Below, piece by piece: positions 37,585 to 45,907 of a stretch of 64,000 bases of DNA. The position numbers and the translations under genes are program-made. This stretch comes from a bacterium. Lineage in GTDB: Bacteria; UBA10199; 2-02-FULL-50-16; JAJFLM01. Position 1 is the stretch's first letter. Each line of letters opens with the position of its first letter. The DNA is taken from the NCBI GenBank assembly GCA_965216315.1, contig CBDCFN010000016.1, positions 2,144,001 to 2,208,000 of the forward strand, read 5' to 3'. The notes beneath the pieces are model-generated. The model was not told the DNA's origin. It worked only from the letters and a program-made list of their open reading frames with translations, and did not search any database.

Positions 37585-40305
37585 CTATTGATACAGAATG
37601 TTCTGCATCTCTTGAAAACGCGCCTCATCAAAAACAAAATTATTTCCATGAGATCCTCCACGCAAGAACGTCGACGAGGATGAGGATGAATGGCAACCGC
37701 TAGGACAGGGATTAGAATTCGGCTGCGGACCCGTCATGTCGAAGCGAATGTCTTTAAAGTCGTCATCTTTGGATTTGAAATCCTTGCTGACCGTGAAATC
37801 GATCGATTCGACGAATTTCTCCGGACCTTTGGCCTTGAGGACCTGGCGCAGCTGCTCCAAAAAGAGAATTTGGGCGCGGCGGATTTCGCCCTCCGGCCGC
37901 GGCCGCCCAACCTGTTTGCCGCCGGCAGCGGTAACGCGCGCGCCGCGAAAGAACTTCCGCTGCTCTTCCGTGTACTCCGGATTGCCCGCAGCATTAAACT
38001 TAGGCGCGAGCTTCATCATCACGTGGCCGGTGTGTGTCACGGTCGGGTCCAGCGTAATCATTTGCGGCTCACCGGTTTGAGGATCGATTTTCTTTTCACC
38101 CGTCTCAGGGTCCACAGCCGGCAAAGTATCCCGCATGATGAGCGTGTAATTCTTGGCCTGTTCATTCCAAGCAGCCTCAATCTTGGTCGTTAACTCCGTA
38201 CCTTCCTTGCGCATCATCAGATGGATGACGCCGTCCTTCGTCCGTTTGATTTCGATGTGAATCCCGTCATTAAAAGCGACTTCACCGTAACTATCGTAAA
38301 GAATGGAGAGGGGAAATTTGCGAACACCGGCACTCGTCTTAATAACGACTTCATCCTGATCGACGCCGCTCGGTGACTTGGTCTGATGGATTTCGACGGA
38401 AACACCGAGTCCTACTTCAGCCATGCGATGGTAGAGATCGGCATATTTTTTGCGAATAAAGGTCGTCAGGTGTGTTTCTAAATCACGGCGGCCTTTAAAC
38501 ATTTTTTCAAGGTAGTTGGAAACCGCTTGGATATCCGGCTGCTTATTTGCATAGAGCGCCCGTATGTCGGCACCCCGTTGCACATACGCCTTGTCATCGG
38601 TCGCCGCGATCAAATCAATGACCTTAAAGGTCCCACTCATATCGTTCTGTTTAACGAAGTCCTGGAGAATGGATTCGACGGTATTGTAATCGATGAAATA
38701 ATCTTTACCGGTAATCGCCCGCGTCTCGGCATCCGCTTGGCGCATCCCTTCCCAACTCGCGGGAAAGGCGACGTTCTTAACGAACTGATTCGGAAAGGTG
38801 ATCCCCGCGCCTTCCAGCCATTGATTGTAGACCTTGGATATCTTGGCATTAGCCTCACTGCCGCCGGTCACCAGACCTTTGACACAAATCGACCACTTCT
38901 TGATGCTGGGAAACCACGAGTCATTGATGCTCTTGCCGTAGACCTCATTAAACAACGCCTCATTCAGCGAGTAATCGGCATTGCGAAACGCCGGCGACCA
39001 AATTTGTTCGCCGATGCCCAGGCCCAATTCAAAAGACAGCGGGACGCCATAAGCCAACGACGCGCCTTCAATCAACAAACCACCGCCGCGCGCCAGCCAA
39101 CCGTAGCTTGAATTGCGCATGATTGACGTGCCCAGCGATCGATAGCCGAGCCGTTGGCCCTGCGTCTTGGCGAGCGTCGACGCCGCGGCCGCGCGTACCG
39201 CATAACCTTTAAACAACTTCGAATACAGGGCCGCCGGCAAGCCGGCACTGATCAGTAAGTTACCCGTACCGCCCTTCTTGAGCGTTTCGATCCCTCCCCA
39301 ACCGCCTCCGATCCAGTGGGTCAATTCACTCGTAATCCCGGACACAACGACGAGTTCACCGCCGACCTGCTTGAATTGCGTCCAACTAAACGCCGGAATC
39401 TCCGGTGCACTCGGCATCAACATGCGGGGAAAGGTGTTGTTGTAAGTATGACGCAGCAAGGAGTATTCGGCACCCCCGAGCGCGATATTTGAAAACACGC
39501 GCTGATAAGGGTCATCGATACCGAGGGCCTGGGATTGTTGATCAACCGCCCAGTAGGCCGCCGCATAAGGGACAGCAACCCCTAAACCCTTAAAAATAAC
39601 TCGCGGGGTATTATGGTAAAAATTTTGCACTAGCTTCGGGGACAATGCAGCCACACCCCCAGCGAGCACGGTCGAACTCGACATGCCAAAAGAATTGGTA
39701 TCGAGCTTCGGTCGTTGCTTGATTTTCTGACCATACTCGTGCGGATGGACGACGGCATAGACTGGCGTCGGTCCGCCGGATGCGACTGGACGCGTGTAGA
39801 ACTCTTCATTCGCACCGGGCTTATAGTCGGGATACTCATGCGAGGGCGCGCGATGGAGCAAGACGATCGGGCGCCCGCCCTTGACGTACTTGACGCTCAT
39901 GAACCAACCGACCTTGTATTCCTGCGGCGGGCGCAATGAAGCCGGCATTTCATCATAAATGGAATTGACGGGAATGCGCTTGTCATCGGTAAACGTCTTG
40001 CGCAAGTACTGATACTCGTCGATCTCTTCCGCGGCGAGAAAATTGGCACCGAAGTTGAGGACGCGATCCGATTTTTGATCGATATCATAAACGATGGGCA
40101 GGCCGGATGACGTATCCGTTTCGTTTTTCCTGCTAAAATCCGCCGCAAAAAAGACCGGCTCGCTCGTCGGCCCAAAAATCAGTGCGGGGGGAACCGCCAC
40201 GCCCTGTCCTTCCTTGATAGGAGGCGTTACCATCATCTCCCCATGGTCCGCATAGAATTGCGGCTTGGTGTAGCGGCAGACGGATATTGTCGGATCACAA
40301 GTCAT
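37585..40305 (-). CDS. Array gene 14: divergent family A protein (906 aa, Lys-rich)
   Basis: MTCDPTISVC; AVDQQSQALGIDDPYQ vs MVDYSIAKLDLPEPYQ (gene 6); ADYSLNEALFNEV vs PHYRLLQAAFDSV; YTEEQRKFFRG vs LSTEQRKFVFG. Confidence 0.82.
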   Translation of the reverse strand: MTCDPTISVCRYTKPQFYADHGEMMVTPPIKEGQGVAVPPALIFGPTSEPVFFAADFSRKNETDTSSGLPIVYDIDQKSDRVLNFGANFLAAEEIDEYQYLRKTFTDDKRIPVNSIYDEMPASLRPPQEYKVGWFMSVKYVKGGRPIVLLHRAPSHEYPDYKPGANEEFYTRPVASGGPTPVYAVVHPHEYGQKIKQRPKLDTNSFGMSSSTVLAGGVAALSPKLVQNFYHNTPRVIFKGLGVAVPYAAAYWAVDQQSQALGIDDPYQRVFSNIALGGAEYSLLRHTYNNTFPRMLMPSAPEIPAFSWTQFKQVGGELVVVSGITSELTHWIGGGWGGIETLKKGGTGNLLISAGLPAALYSKLFKGYAVRAAAASTLAKTQGQRLGYRSLGTSIMRNSSYGWLARGGGLLIEGASLAYGVPLSFELGLGIGEQIWSPAFRNADYSLNEALFNEVYGKSINDSWFPSIKKWSICVKGLVTGGSEANAKISKVYNQWLEGAGITFPNQFVKNVAFPASWEGMRQADAETRAITGKDYFIDYNTVESILQDFVKQNDMSGTFKVIDLIAATDDKAYVQRGADIRALYANKQPDIQAVSNYLEKMFKGRRDLETHLTTFIRKKYADLYHRMAEVGLGVSVEIHQTKSPSGVDQDEVVIKTSAGVRKFPLSILYDSYGEVAFNDGIHIEIKRTKDGVIHLMMRKEGTELTTKIEAAWNEQAKNYTLIMRDTLPAVDPETGEKKIDPQTGEPQMITLDPTVTHTGHVMMKLAPKFNAAGNPEYTEEQRKFFRGARVTAAGGKQVGRPRPEGEIRRAQILFLEQLRQVLKAKGPEKFVESIDFTVSKDFKSKDDDFKDIRFDMTGPQPNSNPCPSGCHSSSSSSTFLRGGSHGNNFVFDEARFQEMQNILYQ

Positions 40306-40332
40306 ATCAGAGCACCTTCCTAAGTAACGAGA

Positions 40333-41583
40333 TTAGAGGGCCGGCACCATGACCGGTGGCGTCACCGTCACGGGGGCAATGCGTATGCTAAACGTCGGCG
40401 CGGCAACCACCCGACCACCAACCGTGCGCGCCCCGGCTCCGGCAAAGACCTTGAGGCCACTTCCCTGGATCGTAAACGCCACCGCATCACTCGGCGAAAA
40501 TTGATCGCTCTTCACGTTGACGAAGTCGACCAGGCCCGCATGACCTTGCGCAATCCCGACGGCTGCGAGCGCGGATTGTTGTGTTGAGGTCGAGGCAGTG
40601 ACTTCCGTCAGTTGAACGGTGTCCATTGCAGCTCCGTTGGTCTCCATACGCCAGGACTTTCCGGCGATCGCGTGCAAGGCATCGGCAACCTTAAAAGCCG
40701 GGTGATCGGGAACCAATACCAGCGGCGGATTCAACGCCTCGTCCGAGATCGCATACCACTGGCCATTGATCTGGGTGTAGGCGCCTACGAGGGTCATCGA
40801 CGATTGCGATACGGGAGTCAGTGCGGAAATAAACTCACTGCTCGTCTCCTGCGAGAGCTGCTGCTTCGCGTCCATGACGCCATGATGATAGGCCCGAATA
40901 ATATCGTCTACCGAGCCGCCACCACCATTCCCGGAACCGTTGCCGTCACCATCGCCTTTCCCCTTTTTAAAGCGATTTTTAATCCCGTGATAGATATCGG
41001 GACCGATCGTAAAGGCGGCGATCAGAAAGAAGAACTCCATCAGATGGTTTTGTGACGGCGGCCGTAACTGCGCCATTGACGAGGCCAGGGCATCACATTG
41101 TTGACCACTCAGCCCCTTCGGGCAATCGCCGTCAAACCAATGAAAAGGATTGTACCAATCCTCGCCCCCGCGAATCGTGCGGATAATACCTTCACGAATC
41201 GAGGGTTGATCGGCCTTGATGCATAAAGTCCCGGCTTTCCCGCCAAAAGCAGACAGCATGACCCGATCTTTAGACATGTTGGGAAATTTACGGACGACGT
41301 TGGCGGATTTCTTGTCGAAGGTTGCACCCTTCGGGCCCGAATCGGCGATTTCGTAGTAACCATGTTTAGGATCGCAGGCTCGCAAGGTCTCACCGATGAA
41401 AGCTCCCCAAGGCTGATCTTCCGGCTTGACGCCCTGCAACGTCGGGTCGGGGACGATAGCTCCTTTTTGAGTAAAAACAGCCCCTGGTTTGTCGTCTTTG
41501 GGGCCGTAAGCGGTACCGGGATTGGCTCGACAGAGCCCTTTGTGTCCTTGAAGGTTGGACGCACCGTAGAGTTCGCAACCCAT
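40333..41583 (-). CDS. Array gene 15: family B protein (416 aa), divergent C-terminal half
   Basis: Start MGCELYGAS (GAGGAGGAG RBS); shares IIRTIRGGE.WYNP.HWFDG with gene 10. Confidence 0.92.
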   Translation of the reverse strand: MGCELYGASNLQGHKGLCRANPGTAYGPKDDKPGAVFTQKGAIVPDPTLQGVKPEDQPWGAFIGETLRACDPKHGYYEIADSGPKGATFDKKSANVVRKFPNMSKDRVMLSAFGGKAGTLCIKADQPSIREGIIRTIRGGEDWYNPFHWFDGDCPKGLSGQQCDALASSMAQLRPPSQNHLMEFFFLIAAFTIGPDIYHGIKNRFKKGKGDGDGNGSGNGGGGSVDDIIRAYHHGVMDAKQQLSQETSSEFISALTPVSQSSMTLVGAYTQINGQWYAISDEALNPPLVLVPDHPAFKVADALHAIAGKSWRMETNGAAMDTVQLTEVTASTSTQQSALAAVGIAQGHAGLVDFVNVKSDQFSPSDAVAFTIQGSGLKVFAGAGARTVGGRVVAAPTFSIRIAPVTVTPPVMVPAL

Positions 41584-41650
41584 GATCACTCCTCCTCGCC
41601 TCGGAGCGCGCATGGCTGTAGAGGCGGATTAGGCCCCTAATCTATTAGCA

Positions 41651-41677
41651 TTATCGGTATCGGAAGGTGAAAGTTGC
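41651..41677 (-). promoter_or_regulatory. Array promoter motif (sigma28-like)
   Basis: GCAACTT-tcaccttccgat-ACCGATAA. Confidence 0.85.
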
Positions 41678-41730
41678 GGAAAATTCGCAAAGGTCTGACG
41701 AAAATTCGTAAACTTTTGAAATTAAGGGAT

Positions 41731-42510
41731 TTAGCGCCCCCGCCGACGGCGCAGCGGATCTTCACGATCAATCGCGTGACGACTACGTAATTGATTTTCC
41801 GTAAGGCGATCATAGTGCTCACCGACCCGACGAATGAAATCCGCGTTGATCTCGCGGGCGTCGCGGCGCAGCTCGCGGTCCCCTGTCTCCCACTGTTCGA
41901 TCACCCAATCGCGAAACGACAAACGGGCTTCCAACGGTTGGGCGCGCATCTCGGGCCGCACGTCTTCAATCAAATGCTCAACGGCCAACAAGCGTTGCTC
42001 ACGCGCACGTTGCTCGGGCGTCCGATGATCCACGTTAGGGCCACCCTGCCGTTGCCCGACAGGTGTTGTGTGGGACGTGTTGCCGCGCGCCAGGATTCTA
42101 CGGGCGGCTAATAAGGCAATGTTCCCCAGGACCCCCACGGCCAACACCCAAGGCCACGGCGTATCCAACCATGAGGTTGATTGCTGCGGCGGCACGTAGC
42201 TCGACGATCCCGGATGTCCCACTCCGGGTTGCAAGGGTTGATTCGGTTGCGCCGGCGGCGTCGGCTGTAGATGCGTCACCGTCGGATTCGGGGTGGTCGA
42301 ATTGCCCGCGGTATTTGTCACCGGTTGTGGCGAAGCGGCATCCGTCACGACGGGGTTAGGCTGCGGGTTCGGCGGCGTTGGGTTTGGGGTCGTCGGATTC
42401 GGTGCCGTTGGGTTTGGCTCCGGCGTCGCACAGGGCACAATCGCCTGCGCTCCGGGACTCCAACGCACTTGCTGGCCGGCTCTGTCAAAACATTGGTTTT
42501 CGGGCGGCAT
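41731..42510 (-). CDS. Array gene 16: family C protein (259 aa), Pro/Thr/Asn stalk, TM, EARLS module, no Lys
   Basis: Start MPPENQCFD by homology to gene 17; TM WPWVLAVGVLGNIALLAARR; QPLEARLS; ends RRRRGR. Confidence 0.88.
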   Translation of the reverse strand: MPPENQCFDRAGQQVRWSPGAQAIVPCATPEPNPTAPNPTTPNPTPPNPQPNPVVTDAASPQPVTNTAGNSTTPNPTVTHLQPTPPAQPNQPLQPGVGHPGSSSYVPPQQSTSWLDTPWPWVLAVGVLGNIALLAARRILARGNTSHTTPVGQRQGGPNVDHRTPEQRAREQRLLAVEHLIEDVRPEMRAQPLEARLSFRDWVIEQWETGDRELRRDAREINADFIRRVGEHYDRLTENQLRSRHAIDREDPLRRRRGR

Positions 42511-42524
42511 ATCGTTCCCTCTCT

Positions 42525-43304
42525 TTAACGAGCGCGATCCCGGCGGCGCTCTTCGTCCCGGCGTTCGGTTGGTAAATGCTCCGCCATCCATGGGTGACTG
42601 GCGCGGCGGCTTTCCAGTACGGACCGAATCACTTCGGACGTCACCGGATCGGTCTCGGCCCGACCATCACGCAGCAAAGGTTGGCGCCGCCAAGTACTCA
42701 GAATATCAGCGCGCAATTGCGGGAGACTTTCACTGATCGCGAGTCGCGCCTCGGCCGGTAAAGATTCATAGTTAGGGATTTCGGCGCGAATCATCCGGTC
42801 CAAAGCCGCATCGCGCTCGCGCGCCATCTCTTCAATCGATCGTTCGACGACCGGTTCAGGGTTCGTCGCAACAACCACTTCATTGTCGGCTCCGTTGGTA
42901 GCTCCATTCGGCGACGCATTGCGCCGGGATAAAAAGTGGCGGGCAGTAAAAAGTCCGATATTCCCAAACAACAAGGCGCCCACCGGCCAGTACCAATTAT
43001 TGGCAAGCCAATCCAGCGTCGAACCGTTTGAGCCGGATGAATTATTCGAAGGGGAATCGGAAGGCGTATCGGTCGACGTTGCCGTACCGGTATAAGGCAC
43101 GAGTCGTCCCTGCGCGGCATCCCAGATGACCATCTGGCCATTCTGCATAAAGGGCTGGTGGGTCGCCGGAGTCGTCGTATTGGTATCCGTACCGGCATCG
43201 GCCGTTGAACCGGCATCCGTCGTGCAGGCCACGATACTCTGAGTCGCTTGGTCCCAACGAACCTGTCGACCACCTTGATCAAAACAAAGGGCATCTGGGG
43301 GCAT
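42525..43304 (-). CDS. Array gene 17: family C protein (259 aa), Thr/Ser stalk, TM, EARLS module, no Lys
   Basis: MPPDALCFD (GAAGGA RBS; alternative ATG 43322); TM WYWPVGALLFGNIGLFTARH; LPAEARLA, WRRQPLLRDG. Confidence 0.88.
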   Translation of the reverse strand: MPPDALCFDQGGRQVRWDQATQSIVACTTDAGSTADAGTDTNTTTPATHQPFMQNGQMVIWDAAQGRLVPYTGTATSTDTPSDSPSNNSSGSNGSTLDWLANNWYWPVGALLFGNIGLFTARHFLSRRNASPNGATNGADNEVVVATNPEPVVERSIEEMARERDAALDRMIRAEIPNYESLPAEARLAISESLPQLRADILSTWRRQPLLRDGRAETDPVTSEVIRSVLESRRASHPWMAEHLPTERRDEERRRDRAR

Positions 43305-43327
43305 GATAAATTCCTTCTCCATCTAGG

Positions 43328-43354
43328 TTATCGGCAGGAATTTGCGGAAGTTTC
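43328..43354 (-). promoter_or_regulatory. Array promoter motif (sigma28-like)
   Basis: GAAACTT-ccgcaaattcct-GCCGATAA. Confidence 0.8.
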
Positions 43355-43392
43355 GCAAAATTTATCAATAATTTGCAGCTTTTGAGAAGATG

Positions 43393-45831
43393 CTAACGAC
43401 CGCTACGGCGGCGTTCATGGGGGTCTCGGCGGTCTTCCCGATTCCGCAACCAAATGCCCTGTTCCGGATGGCGCTGCTGATGGATTTCGACGACCTGATG
43501 AATAAAGCGGGCATTCATATGTCGGGCGCCATCGCGCAAGAGCGGGTGAGAACGCCAGAGCCGTAACGCCTCTTGCTGCATCGACAGCCGGGCCTCGGCG
43601 GGCAGCGCTTCAAAGTCCCGTACCTCTTGTGCCAACAGCGCTTCCGCGCGCGCTCCCATATCGAGGGTAAGCAAGCTCACCATCACCTGGGGATGGCGCG
43701 CTTGATAGAGTTCGATTCCCTGCCGCACGAAGGCCGTATTCACCGTCGTCGCCCCGTCGCGTAGTAAGGGGAAGTCCCGCCACAAGCGCTCGATCTCCCG
43801 CGCGATCTCATCGCGAATCTCGGTATCCAACTCTTCATAACCGACAATCTCTTCGCTCATCGTACGACGAATATCACGCTCGTAACCGTGATAAAGATGG
43901 GCCTCCTGATACATCGGCATGGCAAGATGCGAACGCACCTCACTCAACATCGTCGTGCGCAGGCCGGCGACCTCTCCAAAGGGATGAGTGCCTTGTTCGT
44001 GTTGTTCAACGCGCGATTCATAATACATTTCCAAGAACAGGCGCGGAAACAGTCCATCCGGTGTACGTCCCTCGGCCCGCCACAAGAGATCACGTTCCGG
44101 CTGACTTAACGCACTATAAACACTCAAGGCCTCACGCTGTTCACGTTGTTGGGCGGACGGACTCAAGGCCTCATACGCCCGGTTATACAATAGTTGTCCT
44201 TCACCCCACGGTGTCACCCAAAGGCGTTGGTGCATCTGCGCCATGCGGCTCGTTTCGATATGCTCGAGCTTCATGATATCCGTCAACGGAGTGCCGGAAC
44301 GGGCGAAACGATCGTGACGCAGTATATCGAGGGCACGCTCGACGTTCACTCCCTCAGCGCTTAAGAAACTGCGCGCATCCTCACGATAGTCACCGGTCTC
44401 GCTCATTTGTGAAATCATGATTGTCATCGCCTTCGGCTGCGCAAACGAAGTGGCATCATCATGATACATGACCGCCTCAAAATGACGGCCCACTTCCAAT
44501 ACCCGATTCCGCTGGGGATCGAGAATAAGCTCTTGGCGGGATCGGCCCGAACCGAAAATTCCGCGGACCCAGGCATGACGCCCCCCCGGCACCTGGCCTT
44601 TTTCCATGCGGGTACCTTCGACACCGATGTACTGGTAGGCCACCTGCAACAACATACCCCGCTCGTTACAGACGCCCCGTTCAATAAAATCACCAAGACG
44701 ATACATCTGGTTGGGAATACTCGAGTAGAGCCGGGCATGATCATAAGGCACATAATCGCGGACGATACGCCAGGCGCGCTCGGCCGCCTGTTGTTGAGTG
44801 ATGCGGCCGGCATCAAGTTCCTGCCGGATGGGTCCCATGTGAGCCTCGAGAAAACGCTGTAAGCGCGGGTCGGCAAAATCAACCAACACGACCTTGCCGC
44901 TACCATCGGTCCCGGAGACATTGATTGATCGGTCGGTAAATTGAGGGTTTTGAATGCGGGGGTGAATGAACTCAGCAGTCAGATCAATTTGGCGATCGCG
45001 CACGGTCAGCACTTGATCGACCGGCCATTCCGGCCGCCCCTTGATCAGCATGCGCACGCGTTGCTGACCGTCGGAGCCGGTGAACAATTCAACGCGGCCG
45101 ACATATTTTTCCTTAGAGTTTTCGATGAATAATTCAACGACACGCCCGTCGGCGACTTCCCGTAGTCGTTCGTTAATATCACGTTCCTGGACCCGAGGTA
45201 CTGAGCTCTCGGCCACGGAAATTGAACTGGAAATACTTTGAACCGGCTGGGTAGGCGTCAGAGACCCCCCATCAACATGACTCCGCCACTCCAGCTGAAC
45301 GCTCCCCAGACTCAGCACATCGCCATCACGAAGCGCAACCGAATTTCCATTGACCGGTATCTCGTCGCGATTGCCGCGCACGGGATCATCGCGAAAAATA
45401 ATCGTGCCGTTCGTACTGCCCAAATCACGGATGGAATAGTTGCCCCGCCCATCATGATGGATTGCCGCATGGCTCCGCGAAATGCGCGCGACACCGCTGA
45501 TACCGGAGTAAGCAATTTGGACTCTATCTGCACCAGGGTAACGCCCGAGCGTCATCGTATGCGCACGGCCCCTGGGAAAAGGCACCGAGATCGGATTGCC
45601 CGTCGCCGTATGCGTTCCGATTGCTGTCGTTACAGCAGGGACCAACGGTTGAGTCAGGGTCCCGGTCACCGGTTCGGTCGTAATATATTGATCCTGTCCG
45701 TTGATGGACGTTGTAGGCGCCGCGAGACTCCCGGGGGGCTGGGAAACAACAAGAGAACCGGCCGCCGGGCTCCACACCCACCACTGGCCGCTCATTTGAA
45801 AGGGTTGATAAACAGGTGTGACTGGGGGCAT
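43393..45831 (-). CDS. Array gene 18: FHA domain + transglutaminase-like (Cys-His-Asp) domain + two family C modules (812 aa)
   Basis: FHA: LGR...ISRSHAAI...IRDLGSTNGT...LRDGDVLSLG. Catalytic-like: GVCNERGMLL, RHAWV, LILDP. LPAEARLS; ends ERRRSGR. Confidence 0.88.
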   Translation of the reverse strand: MPPVTPVYQPFQMSGQWWVWSPAAGSLVVSQPPGSLAAPTTSINGQDQYITTEPVTGTLTQPLVPAVTTAIGTHTATGNPISVPFPRGRAHTMTLGRYPGADRVQIAYSGISGVARISRSHAAIHHDGRGNYSIRDLGSTNGTIIFRDDPVRGNRDEIPVNGNSVALRDGDVLSLGSVQLEWRSHVDGGSLTPTQPVQSISSSISVAESSVPRVQERDINERLREVADGRVVELFIENSKEKYVGRVELFTGSDGQQRVRMLIKGRPEWPVDQVLTVRDRQIDLTAEFIHPRIQNPQFTDRSINVSGTDGSGKVVLVDFADPRLQRFLEAHMGPIRQELDAGRITQQQAAERAWRIVRDYVPYDHARLYSSIPNQMYRLGDFIERGVCNERGMLLQVAYQYIGVEGTRMEKGQVPGGRHAWVRGIFGSGRSRQELILDPQRNRVLEVGRHFEAVMYHDDATSFAQPKAMTIMISQMSETGDYREDARSFLSAEGVNVERALDILRHDRFARSGTPLTDIMKLEHIETSRMAQMHQRLWVTPWGEGQLLYNRAYEALSPSAQQREQREALSVYSALSQPERDLLWRAEGRTPDGLFPRLFLEMYYESRVEQHEQGTHPFGEVAGLRTTMLSEVRSHLAMPMYQEAHLYHGYERDIRRTMSEEIVGYEELDTEIRDEIAREIERLWRDFPLLRDGATTVNTAFVRQGIELYQARHPQVMVSLLTLDMGARAEALLAQEVRDFEALPAEARLSMQQEALRLWRSHPLLRDGARHMNARFIHQVVEIHQQRHPEQGIWLRNREDRRDPHERRRSGR

Positions 45832-45874
45832 CGTTCAACTCCTATCGCAACTTTAGCCTCCCCACCCTAAATTA

Positions 45875-45901
45875 TTATCGCCGACTTTACCGAAAGGTTT
45901 C
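45875..45901 (-). promoter_or_regulatory. Array promoter motif (variant)
   Basis: GAAACCT-ttcggtaaagtc-GGCGATAA. Confidence 0.65.
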
Positions 45902-45907
45902 GCTGCT

